A DNA stretch of 64,000 nt from a virus, in the IMG/VR virus record IMGVR_UViG_3300005529_000002, positions 1-64,000 of that record, one strand, 5' to 3'. Shown piece by piece: positions 36,045-44,540 of the stretch. The position numbers were made by a program, and so were the translations under genes. The notes below the pieces were generated by a model. It made no database searches and was not told the DNA's origin. It saw only the letters and a program-made list of their open reading frames with translations. Every line of letters begins with the position of its first letter. The first letter of the stretch is position 1.

Positions 36045-37039
36045 TGCGTACCGCCTTCCAGGCCGCGCACGAACTCCGCGGCCTCCTCGCCGCATTCGGC
36101 CAGTACCGTCCCGATCAGCCGCCCGGCCTCACCCGCTGCGCGCTCTGCTGCCAGCGCCTCCGCATCCCGGTGCGGGTGCTCGCATCCGGAGGCAAGCTCA
36201 GGGAAGGCCCTCTCGGGGGCGGTCAGCCCGTTCACCAGCCGGCCGTAGAGCCCCAGTGCCTCCTCCAGTTCGAGCGCGCCCGCCTGGACTGCGGGGCTTT
36301 CAGACACGGAGAGAGCGCGGCTCCATATCCCCCAGCAGTGCATGAGGACCGCGGTGTGCTCATCCGCCGGCGCGGCGGGCGCTGCCGCCGTGAACACCTG
36401 AGGCTCAGGTGCCGGCTGGCCGTGCAGCAGGGCGTCCCTGGCCTCTGTCGCGGCCTCGATCAGGTCATCGAGCCATTCAGTGCTCATCACGTCGGCGACG
36501 AACCAGTCGCCATCCGCCTCGGCACCGAGACGCAGCCCGGCCGCGGGGCATCCGCCGGCCCGCGTGATCCCCGCGAACGACGGCCGGCCGTGCAGCGCCT
36601 CGTGCCGGTAGAACAGGCTGGTCGCTCCCTCGACTGCGCGCAGGAACGCGCTCGGCTCGCTGCCCGGCTGCCCGTCCGGCGGACCGCTGTCCTGCGGCTC
36701 CTCGCTGATCACGGCGAACAGCTCGGTCTCCGGCTGGTCCGCCGGCTCGGGCCTTCCCTCGGGGATGGGCCGGATGTTCCTGATGCCGTCGCGGACCCGC
36801 TCCAGCAGGTCCGCCGTGTCCCCGCCGGAGGTGTCCGGCAGTCCTGCTTGCGATGCCCCGGTGAATGCAAGGACCGGCGCCGGCTGCGCCTGCTCGCCGG
36901 GGCTGGCCGGGACCTCGCCGAAGGCCGGGCAGGCATCCGGCGTGACCGGTGCCTGAGGGCGGCGGCGGGGGAGCCGCAGCCGGCGCCTCGGCTTCGGCTC
37001 AGGCAGGAGGGCGTGCCTGCCCGCTGTCGCGGCGCTCAT
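36041..37039 (-). CDS. Hypothetical protein
   Basis: Coupled ORF. Confidence 0.55.
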   Translation of the reverse strand: MSAATAGRHALLPEPKPRRRLRLPRRRPQAPVTPDACPAFGEVPASPGEQAQPAPVLAFTGASQAGLPDTSGGDTADLLERVRDGIRNIRPIPEGRPEPADQPETELFAVISEEPQDSGPPDGQPGSEPSAFLRAVEGATSLFYRHEALHGRPSFAGITRAGGCPAAGLRLGAEADGDWFVADVMSTEWLDDLIEAATEARDALLHGQPAPEPQVFTAAAPAAPADEHTAVLMHCWGIWSRALSVSESPAVQAGALELEEALGLYGRLVNGLTAPERAFPELASGCEHPHRDAEALAAERAAGEAGRLIGTVLAECGEEAAEFVRGLEGGTQ

Positions 37040-37563
37040 GCGGCCACGTCCGTACCGGCCGGAGCCGTGACCGGCTCGCACACCCACTCGATGATCTCCA
37101 CCGGCTTGACGACCTTGCGCGTCACGGCAGGGGTGACGATCTCCTCGACCTCGCGGTCCTCGGTGCCGGCCACGACCCGCTTGCAGACCGCGTCACGGTG
37201 GGCGCTCAGCTTGACGTGCCAGCCTTCCCACGTCCCGGTCATCTCGAAGTAGGCATCTCCCTCGCGCTCCCAGGTCCGCTTGTCCCACTTGCAGCGGCGG
37301 AACGCCCGGATGGCCGCGGCGATCCCGGCGCGCTCGTCCGTCTCGCCGAAGAAGTAGATGCCGACGCTGCGGTCGCGGACGTGCGGCATCGGGATGTCCG
37401 GGTGCCCCGCGACGAAGGCGAACAGGTCCGCGACATCGGCGGCGTACTGCTCGCGGGCAGCCCGGCGCGGGTCCGGCGGGGAGACTCTCCTCGCCGCGTC
37501 CTCTTCGAGCGCCAGCGCGTGCGCGATGTCTCTCTCGGCTGGCGTGATTGCTGTGCGGTCCAC
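37036..37563 (-). CDS. Conserved actinophage hypothetical protein
   Basis: RDAVCKRVVAGTE..EIIEWVCEP. Confidence 0.65.
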   Translation of the reverse strand: MDRTAITPAERDIAHALALEEDAARRVSPPDPRRAAREQYAADVADLFAFVAGHPDIPMPHVRDRSVGIYFFGETDERAGIAAAIRAFRRCKWDKRTWEREGDAYFEMTGTWEGWHVKLSAHRDAVCKRVVAGTEDREVEEIVTPAVTRKVVKPVEIIEWVCEPVTAPAGTDVAA

Positions 37564-37652
37564 TGCGTATCCCTTTCCCTCGGTTACGATTGGCGGGTGG
37601 CGTATCCCGCCCGCCCCGCCCCGGCGATCTGACCCGCCGGGGCGAATCCTTC

Positions 37653-37889
37653 TCAGGCGGCTTTCCGCCGCCCCTGCCCGCGTGCCTGCTCGATCCGCTG
37701 CTGGATCTCCTCCACGCTGAGCGGGTGACCGGGGTAGCACGCCCGTTCCGCTGCTGCCCTGGTGCCGTGGACGGAGGCGTACTCGTGCAGGTCATCCCAC
37801 GCGGCCCGGTACGCCGCGCCTGCTGCTTTCACTGCCAGGTCGTAACGGTCCCGGGCAGCGGGAGGGAGAGTGCCGCGGAAGGCGGTCAT
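37653..37889 (-). CDS. Hypothetical protein
   Basis: AAERACYPGHP.SVEEI. Confidence 0.55.
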   Translation of the reverse strand: MTAFRGTLPPAARDRYDLAVKAAGAAYRAAWDDLHEYASVHGTRAAAERACYPGHPLSVEEIQQRIEQARGQGRRKAA

Positions 37890-38527
37890 GCGGCACCGTC
37901 CAGGGCGGCCTGCGCTTCTTCCCACGTCTTGCTCAGGTCGCCGTGCACGGCGGCGATGAGGCTGTCGAGGTAGGCGGCGCGCTCCCGGTCCTTGCGCGCG
38001 TACCGCTCAGTAAGCTCCGCCATCTCGTGGGCGTACTTCATCAGCTCGCCGAGAGTGGATAGCTCGGTGAACTTGTCATCGGGGAAGAAATCGAAGAGGG
38101 TGAGCTGCTCGCTGCCGCTCCCGTTTGCGTGGCGGGTAAACTCGCGCGCCGCGTCCCTGGCTCGCTCGCCGCTGTCACGCGGGTCGAACGGCAGCGTGTC
38201 CGGGGGCGCCTCGACGGGCGGGAAACCGGCGCGGGCAAGTGCGTCCCAGTTGGCGAAATCCGTGAGCGCCTCACGGATTTGGGCTTCGCTCGGATAGGTC
38301 CGGGCGGCGCGCAGGCGACGCTGGATCTCCTGTTCGGTGAGCTTGTATCCGCCCGCCGCAGCCCGCCCGATCAGCTCTGCTAGTACGCCGTGCTTGAGGT
38401 TGCCGGCAGGAGTCGTCTTGGCGGGGTCGGTGAGAAGATCGCGGCCGAACGCCCACCGTTCCAGGACGCCACCGGTGTCGCTAGCGGCGATGTTCTTCTC
38501 GCGCCGCAGGAGGCGGGCGTACCTCAT
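37886..38527 (-). CDS. Hypothetical protein
   Basis: Coupled to the cro-like gene. Confidence 0.65.
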   Translation of the reverse strand: MRYARLLRREKNIAASDTGGVLERWAFGRDLLTDPAKTTPAGNLKHGVLAELIGRAAAGGYKLTEQEIQRRLRAARTYPSEAQIREALTDFANWDALARAGFPPVEAPPDTLPFDPRDSGERARDAAREFTRHANGSGSEQLTLFDFFPDDKFTELSTLGELMKYAHEMAELTERYARKDRERAAYLDSLIAAVHGDLSKTWEEAQAALDGAA

Positions 38528-38976
38528 GCCGCCACGCTTTCCTTGGCGAGGCGGATGAGGGCGTCGGCGACAGTCTGCCCTTCGGTCATCAGAGGGCGCA
38601 CCGCCCGGTAGAGGTCCATGAAGGTGCTGCGCTCCCGCTCGGCCGCCGCCCGCGCCGCCTCGATGTCGCTCTGGGTCCTGGCGAACAGCGTGACCTTCGC
38701 GCAATCCAGTTCCACGCCGTCCATCAGCGCGACCTCGGACGTGCGCCAGCGGCCGCGCTCGAGCATCGCGGCCGGGCAGGCGAGGGCGGTGGCCATTTTC
38801 CCGAGCAACTCAGGACTGGCGTTTCGGGTGCCGCGTTCGATCTCGCTGATCAGGCTGACGGTCACGCCGACCCGCGCGGCCAGTTCCGTCTTCGTCAGTC
38901 CCGCCGTCTCGCGCGCCCGCGTGACCGCCTCAGGCTCGTGATCGAGGGGGAATTTTGCTTTAGATCGCTGGGCCAT
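38524..38976 (-). CDS. Cro-like XRE HTH regulator
   Basis: RARETAGLTKTELAARVGVTVSLISEIERGTRN; first gene of the leftward early operon. Confidence 0.85.
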   Translation of the reverse strand: MAQRSKAKFPLDHEPEAVTRARETAGLTKTELAARVGVTVSLISEIERGTRNASPELLGKMATALACPAAMLERGRWRTSEVALMDGVELDCAKVTLFARTQSDIEAARAAAERERSTFMDLYRAVRPLMTEGQTVADALIRLAKESVAA

Positions 38977-38980
38977 GAGG

Positions 38981-39092
38981 CGAACCTAGTGCGTAGTGGT
39001 GCGAAGGTCAAGCGAACTTCGCACCACTACGCGGATGATGCATACTTGTGACCGGGAGTGGGTCCTAGACGCGAGTGCGAAGTTATGCGAAG
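38981..39092. promoter_or_regulatory. Immunity switch operators
   Basis: Perfect 16-bp inverted repeat GCGTAGTGGTGCGAAG (38991)/CTTCGCACCACTACGC (39017); TGCGAAG again at 39076 and 39086. Confidence 0.75.
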
Positions 39093-39101
39093 GTGTGGCC
39101 C

Positions 39102-39674
39102 ATGGACGCGCGCCCGGAACCGCCGCCAGAGGGCGTGCTGATCGCCGCAGCCCTGAAAGACGCCCGGATCTCGGTACGCGAGGCAGCCCGGCGGGCAGGC
39201 ATCAGCGAAGGCTGGTGGCGGCAGGTCGTCAACGGCTACCAGAGCCTCAGCGGCGGCGCTTACGGAACCGTGCGGGCACCCGCCGAGACGCTCGCGCGCA
39301 TGGCGCAGGCCGCCGGGGTGACCGCTGATGACCTGACCGCTGCCGGGCGAGCGGACGCAGCGGCCGAGCTGGACAGGCTGGGCAGCGGCGCGTCCGCAGG
39401 GCCGCCCGCCGCGCCGCCAGCCCCCTACCTGCCGCCTCACGAGGACATGACCCGCGATGACGTGGAGTTCTACGAGGACCAGGTGCGGCGGGACCTGGTA
39501 CGGCACGGCACGGACGCCCCGCCGGAGGTGATCTTTCCCGGCAGCGAGCTGGAGCAGCGGATCTGGCGGGAACCGGGGATGCACCGGGAGACGAAGGTGC
39601 GGCTCATCGCGATCCGCCGGTTCGACCGGGCGCAGGCGGCGGCACTGGACCAGAGGGGGCGCACCGGGTCATGA
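39102..39674 (+). CDS. Immunity repressor (XRE HTH)
   Basis: ISVREAARRAGISEGWWRQVVNGY..TLARMAQAAGV; divergent from the cro-like gene. Confidence 0.8.
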   Translation: MDARPEPPPEGVLIAAALKDARISVREAARRAGISEGWWRQVVNGYQSLSGGAYGTVRAPAETLARMAQAAGVTADDLTAAGRADAAAELDRLGSGASAGPPAAPPAPYLPPHEDMTRDDVEFYEDQVRRDLVRHGTDAPPEVIFPGSELEQRIWREPGMHRETKVRLIAIRRFDRAQAAALDQRGRTGS

Positions 39675-39844
39675 CCCGTTTCCGGCTATATCGCACCTAG
39701 TTCGCATCGTAACGGTTCAGTCACGAACTGTTGGCAGTATTGCCCGGTTCCCATCATATGAGAAGAATCACAGCGTGGCTGGGGGGGAACCAGCCCGCTA
39801 GCGAGGCTGGAGGCGCGTCAGGGAACGCGCAGAGGGGACGGGCC

Positions 39845-40753
39845 ATGCAAGGCGCGGCGAAGCAGGATGAAGCAGCAGCGGGCACAGGCCGGGACCAGGG
39901 CGTCCTCGCCGAACTGGGGCGCTGCCTCCGCGACACCAGGACAGTCCTGGCAAGGATCGGCCGCGACCCCCGCAACAGCCTCGCCATCGCCGAGCTCATC
40001 CACTTCGGCCATCGCATCGCCGACCTCGACGGGCCGCTCCGGTCCGCGCCGCACCTGATCGCCATCGGCGAGGAACGCGAGCGGGACCGGGCCGCGGCGC
40101 AGGCCCGCCAGCGTGCCCGCCACGCGGCACCCGGCAAGCGCCTGCTCCGCGCCGTCCCGGTAGCGGCAGCGGCAGGCGCGGCACTCAAGACCGCGTTCAC
40201 CGCGGTCACCGCGCACCGGGCCGCTACCGCGTCGCTGGCTCTCGCCGCTTCCGTGGTGACCGCTGGGGGCCTCACCCTCGCAGTCCAGCCGTACCAGACG
40301 CAGACGGTGCCGCCGCAGCCTGCGGTCACCCAGGCCGCGGCCCTGGCCCCCGCCGCCGCGTTCCCGTCGGCTGTGCCCGCCGTGGTCACTCACAAGCGCA
40401 GGCACCGGCCGCGCCGCGCCGTGACCTCGCCGGCCCCGCAGCCCTCCACCGCGCCGCCGCCGAGTTCCCCGCCGCCGTCCCCGTCCGCCTCCCCCTCTCC
40501 CGGCGTCCTGGCTGTCTCATCCCCGGTGCTCCAGCTCGAGGGCGGCACCGGGGAGGTGGCCCTCACCGCGCAGGGGGGCCAGGTGTCGTGGGAGGCGTCC
40601 GCCCCTGGGTGGGTGTTCCTGTCGCCGGCCTCGGGATCCCTGGCGGACGGGGAGACGGTCACGGTCACGGTGACGTGCCACCGTGAGGGTCCTGGCAGCG
40701 CCGTGGTCACGTTCGCGCCGGGGGTCGCCGTGCAGGTCACGTGGGGCGGCTGA
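39845..40753 (+). CDS. Membrane protein with Pro-rich linker and BACON/Ig-like C-domain
   Basis: TM segment, P/S linker, LTAQGGQVSW..WVFLSPASGSLADGETVTVTVT. Confidence 0.65.
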   Translation: MQGAAKQDEAAAGTGRDQGVLAELGRCLRDTRTVLARIGRDPRNSLAIAELIHFGHRIADLDGPLRSAPHLIAIGEERERDRAAAQARQRARHAAPGKRLLRAVPVAAAAGAALKTAFTAVTAHRAATASLALAASVVTAGGLTLAVQPYQTQTVPPQPAVTQAAALAPAAAFPSAVPAVVTHKRRHRPRRAVTSPAPQPSTAPPPSSPPPSPSASPSPGVLAVSSPVLQLEGGTGEVALTAQGGQVSWEASAPGWVFLSPASGSLADGETVTVTVTCHREGPGSAVVTFAPGVAVQVTWGG

Positions 40754-40768
40754 CGGAAGGCGAGGCGT

Positions 40769-41617
40769 TCAGTAAGGCTTGACCGCGACCCCGCATAGCG
40801 CGTAGCTCGGCGCGTCAGACGGCGCGGACTCTCTCCACCCGGGCCGCCATCCCCGCGCGGGCACCACGCCCGGCTTGAGCACGTCCAGGCCGGAGAACCA
40901 CGTCTCCACCTCGCCGGCACTGTGGTTCCACACGCTCCCGGCTGTGTAGACGCCCTGGATCGCCTCCCACAGCTCCGGGTCATCGCACCGGGCGACGGAG
41001 ACGACCAGGACGCTGCCGGGCGCGAGCCGGGCCGTGATATCCCCGGTGATCCGCCGCGCCTCGGAAGCGCCGCAGAAGTGGAGCACCATGCCCAGCACCA
41101 CGCAGCACGGCTCCTCGAGGCCGATGACGGCGCCTACGGCCGGGTCCGCGAGGATCGCGCCGGGATCGCGGATGTCGCCGGGTACCGCCGTCACCCCGGT
41201 GCCGGACAGCAGCGCCTGGGCGTGGGAGACCGCGACCCGGTCGATGTCGGCATAGACGACGCGGGCATCCCCGATGACGGCCCGTGCCGCCGTGTGCGTG
41301 TCGGTGACCTGAGTGACCGTCCCGTCCGGCATGGGGACGGCGCCGCCTGCGGGGAGGCCGGAGCCGAGGTCGAGGTACTGGGCGATGCCCCGCTGGCGTG
41401 CGCACCAGGTGACGGCCCGTTCCAGGAACTGGCGGTTCCGCACGGCCATCTCGCGGGGCACCGGGAGATGGCCCGGCTGCGGCGGGCCGAACAGGGCTTC
41501 GACCTGCTGCGCCATTTCCCGGTCGGCGGCGAAGTTGTCTTTCCCGCCGAGCCAGTAGTCCCAGACCCTGGCGATGTTCGGCTTGCTGGTGTCGATGCCG
41601 GGTTCATGGGCGGGCAT
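40769..41617 (-). CDS. SAM-dependent methyltransferase, SCO2317-like family
   Basis: IDTSKPNIARVWDYWLGGKDNFAADRE, QYLDLGSGLP and VVYADID. Confidence 0.9.
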   Translation of the reverse strand: MPAHEPGIDTSKPNIARVWDYWLGGKDNFAADREMAQQVEALFGPPQPGHLPVPREMAVRNRQFLERAVTWCARQRGIAQYLDLGSGLPAGGAVPMPDGTVTQVTDTHTAARAVIGDARVVYADIDRVAVSHAQALLSGTGVTAVPGDIRDPGAILADPAVGAVIGLEEPCCVVLGMVLHFCGASEARRITGDITARLAPGSVLVVSVARCDDPELWEAIQGVYTAGSVWNHSAGEVETWFSGLDVLKPGVVPARGWRPGWRESAPSDAPSYALCGVAVKPY

Positions 41618-41929
41618 GATGCTCCTCTCGCTGGTGCCTGCGGCCCGTGCCGGGCGGAGGCTGGACCCGTGGCGGCCGGGGGGCATGCCGCCGTGTCCTT
41701 GCCGTCTCGCCCGGCACGGGGGGTCCCGCGCCGGGAGCGCTCCGGGACTAACGGCATCCCTCATGCAGCGCCCGGCGCGGGCTCAGCGCCGGCGCGGAAC
41801 CAGGTGCGGCAGGAGCGGCCGAGCCACCACCGCACCAGTCGCGTGCCGCCGGCGCCGTCCGGTTCGTGCCGCGTTCGCTCCGGCGCGGGCCGGGTCAGCC
41901 CGCGCCGCGCTGCACGCCCCCGGACGTCT

Positions 41930-42067
41930 TCACTTGTAGCCGGTCCCTCCGCAGTCCGGGCACGGGAGTGACACCGGCTCATCAGGCCTCTTCGACGACC
42001 AGTCCGGGTTCGCGATGATCCCGCCGCCGTGGCAGCGGGTGCAGTCGGGCTCACCGACCTTCGCCAT
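41930..42067 (-). CDS. 45-aa DnaJ-type CxxCxGxG Zn-finger protein
   Basis: CTRCHGGG..CPDCGGTG; AGGAG RBS. Confidence 0.65.
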   Translation of the reverse strand: MAKVGEPDCTRCHGGGIIANPDWSSKRPDEPVSLPCPDCGGTGYK

Positions 42068-42395
42068 GCTCCTGGTCCCTTCTTCTCGCTGCGGTCCTCT
42101 TGCGGCCGTGCCGGGCGGCCGGAGCCGCGCACCCCGTCCAGGCGCCCGTCCTTCCCTCCGGTACCCGGCACGGCCTGAGGCGGTACCGCAGGGGGCCCCG
42201 CAAAACAGGCCCGGTACCGCCTTTCTCACCTCCCGAATGAGCGACGGGAGGAAGTTTTGATGTGGCCGCGCTGGCGGCTGGGGACCGGGCTGGGAGCTGG
42301 AGCGTCTCGCTCCCGCCCGGAACCGCCAGCGCGGCGGCACGGCAGCGGCCCGGCACGCCCGCCAGGACATCGGGCCAGCCGCCGTGGTCCTCCCG

Positions 42396-42713
42396 CTACC
42401 GGTACGGCGGGGCCGTGTACCTCCGGTCAGCCGCGATCCTCGTGGCGCACGGGTCCTGCCGGCACGCTGCGCCGAGCCGCCCGCACCCGGAGCATCCGGC
42501 GGTTACCCCGACGTAATGGTCGAGGAGCACGCCGTCAGCCCCGCCTGCGCACGTCATCACGGGCGGCGGGTCATCCATCCCGCACCCCAGGCACCTCGGC
42601 GCGCCGCTGACCGTCACGGCGCGGATATCGAGCCTGCCGGCCGTGATCCGGGCACCGCCGAGCCGCCACGTGCGCCGCCACGCCCTGACGGCGACCAGGA
42701 CCCCGCCACTCAC
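42396..42713 (-). CDS. Cys-rich hypothetical protein
   Basis: Coupled ORF. Confidence 0.45.
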   Translation of the reverse strand: MSGGVLVAVRAWRRTWRLGGARITAGRLDIRAVTVSGAPRCLGCGMDDPPPVMTCAGGADGVLLDHYVGVTAGCSGCGRLGAACRQDPCATRIAADRRYTAPPYR

Positions 42714-42937
42714 TGCCCCGCCTCCGCTGCCTCGTACCCGGCCGTGACGCTCGTGGCGTACGCCTGCACTTCAGAGCGCAGGTAGCGGCGCTGGCCGCCC
42801 GGTGTGCGGTGCACGGTCAGGGGCAGGCCGCCGCGGAGCACACGGTGACCCAGCGTGTCCGTCTTGATGCCGAGCAGCCCTCCCGCATAGGCGGCGCATA
42901 TCGCCGGCTCGACGGCGGCAATCTGGCTGCTGGTCAT
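42710..42937 (-). CDS. BldC/Xis-like MerR-type HTH protein
   Basis: LLGIKTDTL..G.L..HRTPGGQRRYLRSEV. Confidence 0.65.
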   Translation of the reverse strand: MTSSQIAAVEPAICAAYAGGLLGIKTDTLGHRVLRGGLPLTVHRTPGGQRRYLRSEVQAYATSVTAGYEAAEAGQ

Positions 42938-42945
42938 GCGGGGGC

Positions 42946-43218
42946 TCACGCGGGCACCGCCACCGGGCCAGGCACAGCCGCGTCCCGCAGCCGCCGGGCA
43001 AGCGCCTCGATCGCGGCCCGCGACTTCGCGCCGAGCGGACGGCATGCGCGCTTCTTCCGCCGCCGCATGAGAAGCCACAGCACGATGCAGATCACGGCGG
43101 CAGCCCCGTTCGGGACGCCTGCCACGCCCCAGGTGCGCACGCTGACTGCCGCCAGCAGCGCCGACACGACCGCGTTCGCCACCGCGACCAGCAGCAGGCC
43201 GGCTTCGCCGCCTCTCAC
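42946..43218 (-). CDS. Two-TM membrane protein
   Basis: Two hydrophobic segments then RRRKKR..LGAKSRA. Confidence 0.55.
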   Translation of the reverse strand: MRGGEAGLLLVAVANAVVSALLAAVSVRTWGVAGVPNGAAAVICIVLWLLMRRRKKRACRPLGAKSRAAIEALARRLRDAAVPGPVAVPA

Positions 43219-43430
43219 TGCGCAGCCTCCCCCGGGTACCGGGCGTCCAGCTCGCCGCGCAGCTCGTGCAGGTCCCTGGCCCGGACCGGTCTCCCGCCGC
43301 TCAGCGGGTAGGCGACCGGGCACTGGGCTTTGGCCAGCACCACGACATCATCGTGGGTCTCGCGGAACCTGGCCAGCCATTCCAGGTCGTCCGCCGCGGC
43401 CTCGCCGCGGCTCACGGCGCGCGCGGTCAC
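43215..43430 (-). CDS. Hypothetical protein
   Basis: Coupled ORF. Confidence 0.5.
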   Translation of the reverse strand: MTARAVSRGEAAADDLEWLARFRETHDDVVVLAKAQCPVAYPLSGGRPVRARDLHELRGELDARYPGEAAQ

Positions 43431-43822
43431 AGCCGCTCCCGGCGGTCGAGAGCTTCGCGGAACAGCGCGTTGAGGCCGTCCGCCGACCAGGCCGTGAACT
43501 CGCACCCGTCGCCGCCGCGTTCCCGGCCTTTCCACAGCACGCCGTCCGGGGACATCTCGGTGCGGATGTCCTCGAACCAGTCGCCCCACGCCAGCCTCAG
43601 CGCGGCCAGCGCGTCCAGGTCCGCCTCGCGGCGGGCCTCCTCGGCTTCGAGGACGCGGAGCTGGCGGCCGATCAGGTCCCGCTGCCCCTCCGGTGCCTCC
43701 GCCATCTCCCGCAGGACCATGACGCGCTCATCCGCGAGCTGGCCGGCGGTCATCGTCTTGTAGTCGGCCGCGAGGCCCGACAGGGCCTCTGCGACGCTGT
43801 GCAGCCGGGCCGGGGGCGTCAT
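43427..43822 (-). CDS. Hypothetical protein
   Basis: Coupled ORF. Confidence 0.55.
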   Translation of the reverse strand: MTPPARLHSVAEALSGLAADYKTMTAGQLADERVMVLREMAEAPEGQRDLIGRQLRVLEAEEARREADLDALAALRLAWGDWFEDIRTEMSPDGVLWKGRERGGDGCEFTAWSADGLNALFREALDRRERL

Positions 43823-44022
43823 GATGCATCCCGCGGCGGCAGCCAGTCCAGCATCGCGTGCCTGCGTTCCGGCAGGCGCCCGCCGGGCCGGCCGACAGGT
43901 TCGCGGAGCGGCCCCGGCGGACTCTCTCCCAGCGCCTCCCGGACCCGGCGCAGAACCGCCAGGCCAGTTTCCCATCTGACTGCCTGCCCCCCGGCAGCAT
44001 CTCCCCAGGCTGCCCCTGCCAT
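43819..44022 (-). CDS. Hypothetical protein
   Basis: GAAGGGAG RBS; first gene divergent from GntR. Confidence 0.45.
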   Translation of the reverse strand: MAGAAWGDAAGGQAVRWETGLAVLRRVREALGESPPGPLREPVGRPGGRLPERRHAMLDWLPPRDAS

Positions 44023-44060
44023 CTGCGTCTCCCTTCTCAGCCAGCCGTGCCGGCGTGCTG

Positions 44061-44100
44061 TAGCCGTCTATAGCCTGCCCTGGCGATATGTAGCCTGCCC
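44061..44100. promoter_or_regulatory. Phased TAGCC(TGCCC) operator repeats
   Basis: TAGCC at 44061, 44071 and 44091. Confidence 0.55.
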
Positions 44101-44141
44101 CGGGCGTCTGTGCTGGTCAGCGGCTCTCTATCGTCTAGGGC

Positions 44142-44387
44142 ATGACTGAGCGTGACGGCCCTCGCTACGATCCGCACGGCGCGCGGCTGGTCTATGCCCA
44201 GATCGCGGACGACATCGCGGGCAAGATCGCCCGCGGCGTCTACACCGAGCGGATCCCCTCCCTCGACGGCATCGTCCAGGAATACGGATGCGCCAGGATG
44301 ACCGCCCGCCGCGCGGTGCGCGAGCTGCGGGACCGGGGCCTGGTCGAGACCGTCCAGGGGAAAGGCTCGTTCGTCATCAGCCGTTAA
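44142..44387 (+). CDS. Stand-alone GntR winged-helix regulator
   Basis: YAQIADDI..IPSL..YGCARMTARRAVREL..GLVETVQGKGSFV. Confidence 0.9.
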   Translation: MTERDGPRYDPHGARLVYAQIADDIAGKIARGVYTERIPSLDGIVQEYGCARMTARRAVRELRDRGLVETVQGKGSFVISR

Positions 44388-44540
44388 CACGATTCCCTCC
44401 CGCATCTGCTCGTGGTGATCCCGTCACGGAGACAGTTCACATCATGAGATTCGCATGCGATAGTGATCGGCATGGAGTAGACGGGAGCACATCGGAGCAC
44501 GGAATGCTCCGCCCCCTCTTGTGCTGCCGCTGGGACGCGA

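Noticed and set aside
42809-44149. Long ORFs such as 42809-44149, 48355-49536, 51476-52939 and 57084-58538
   Set aside because: Arg/Pro/Ala-rich shadow frames antisense to better-supported genes, as expected in high-GC DNA.
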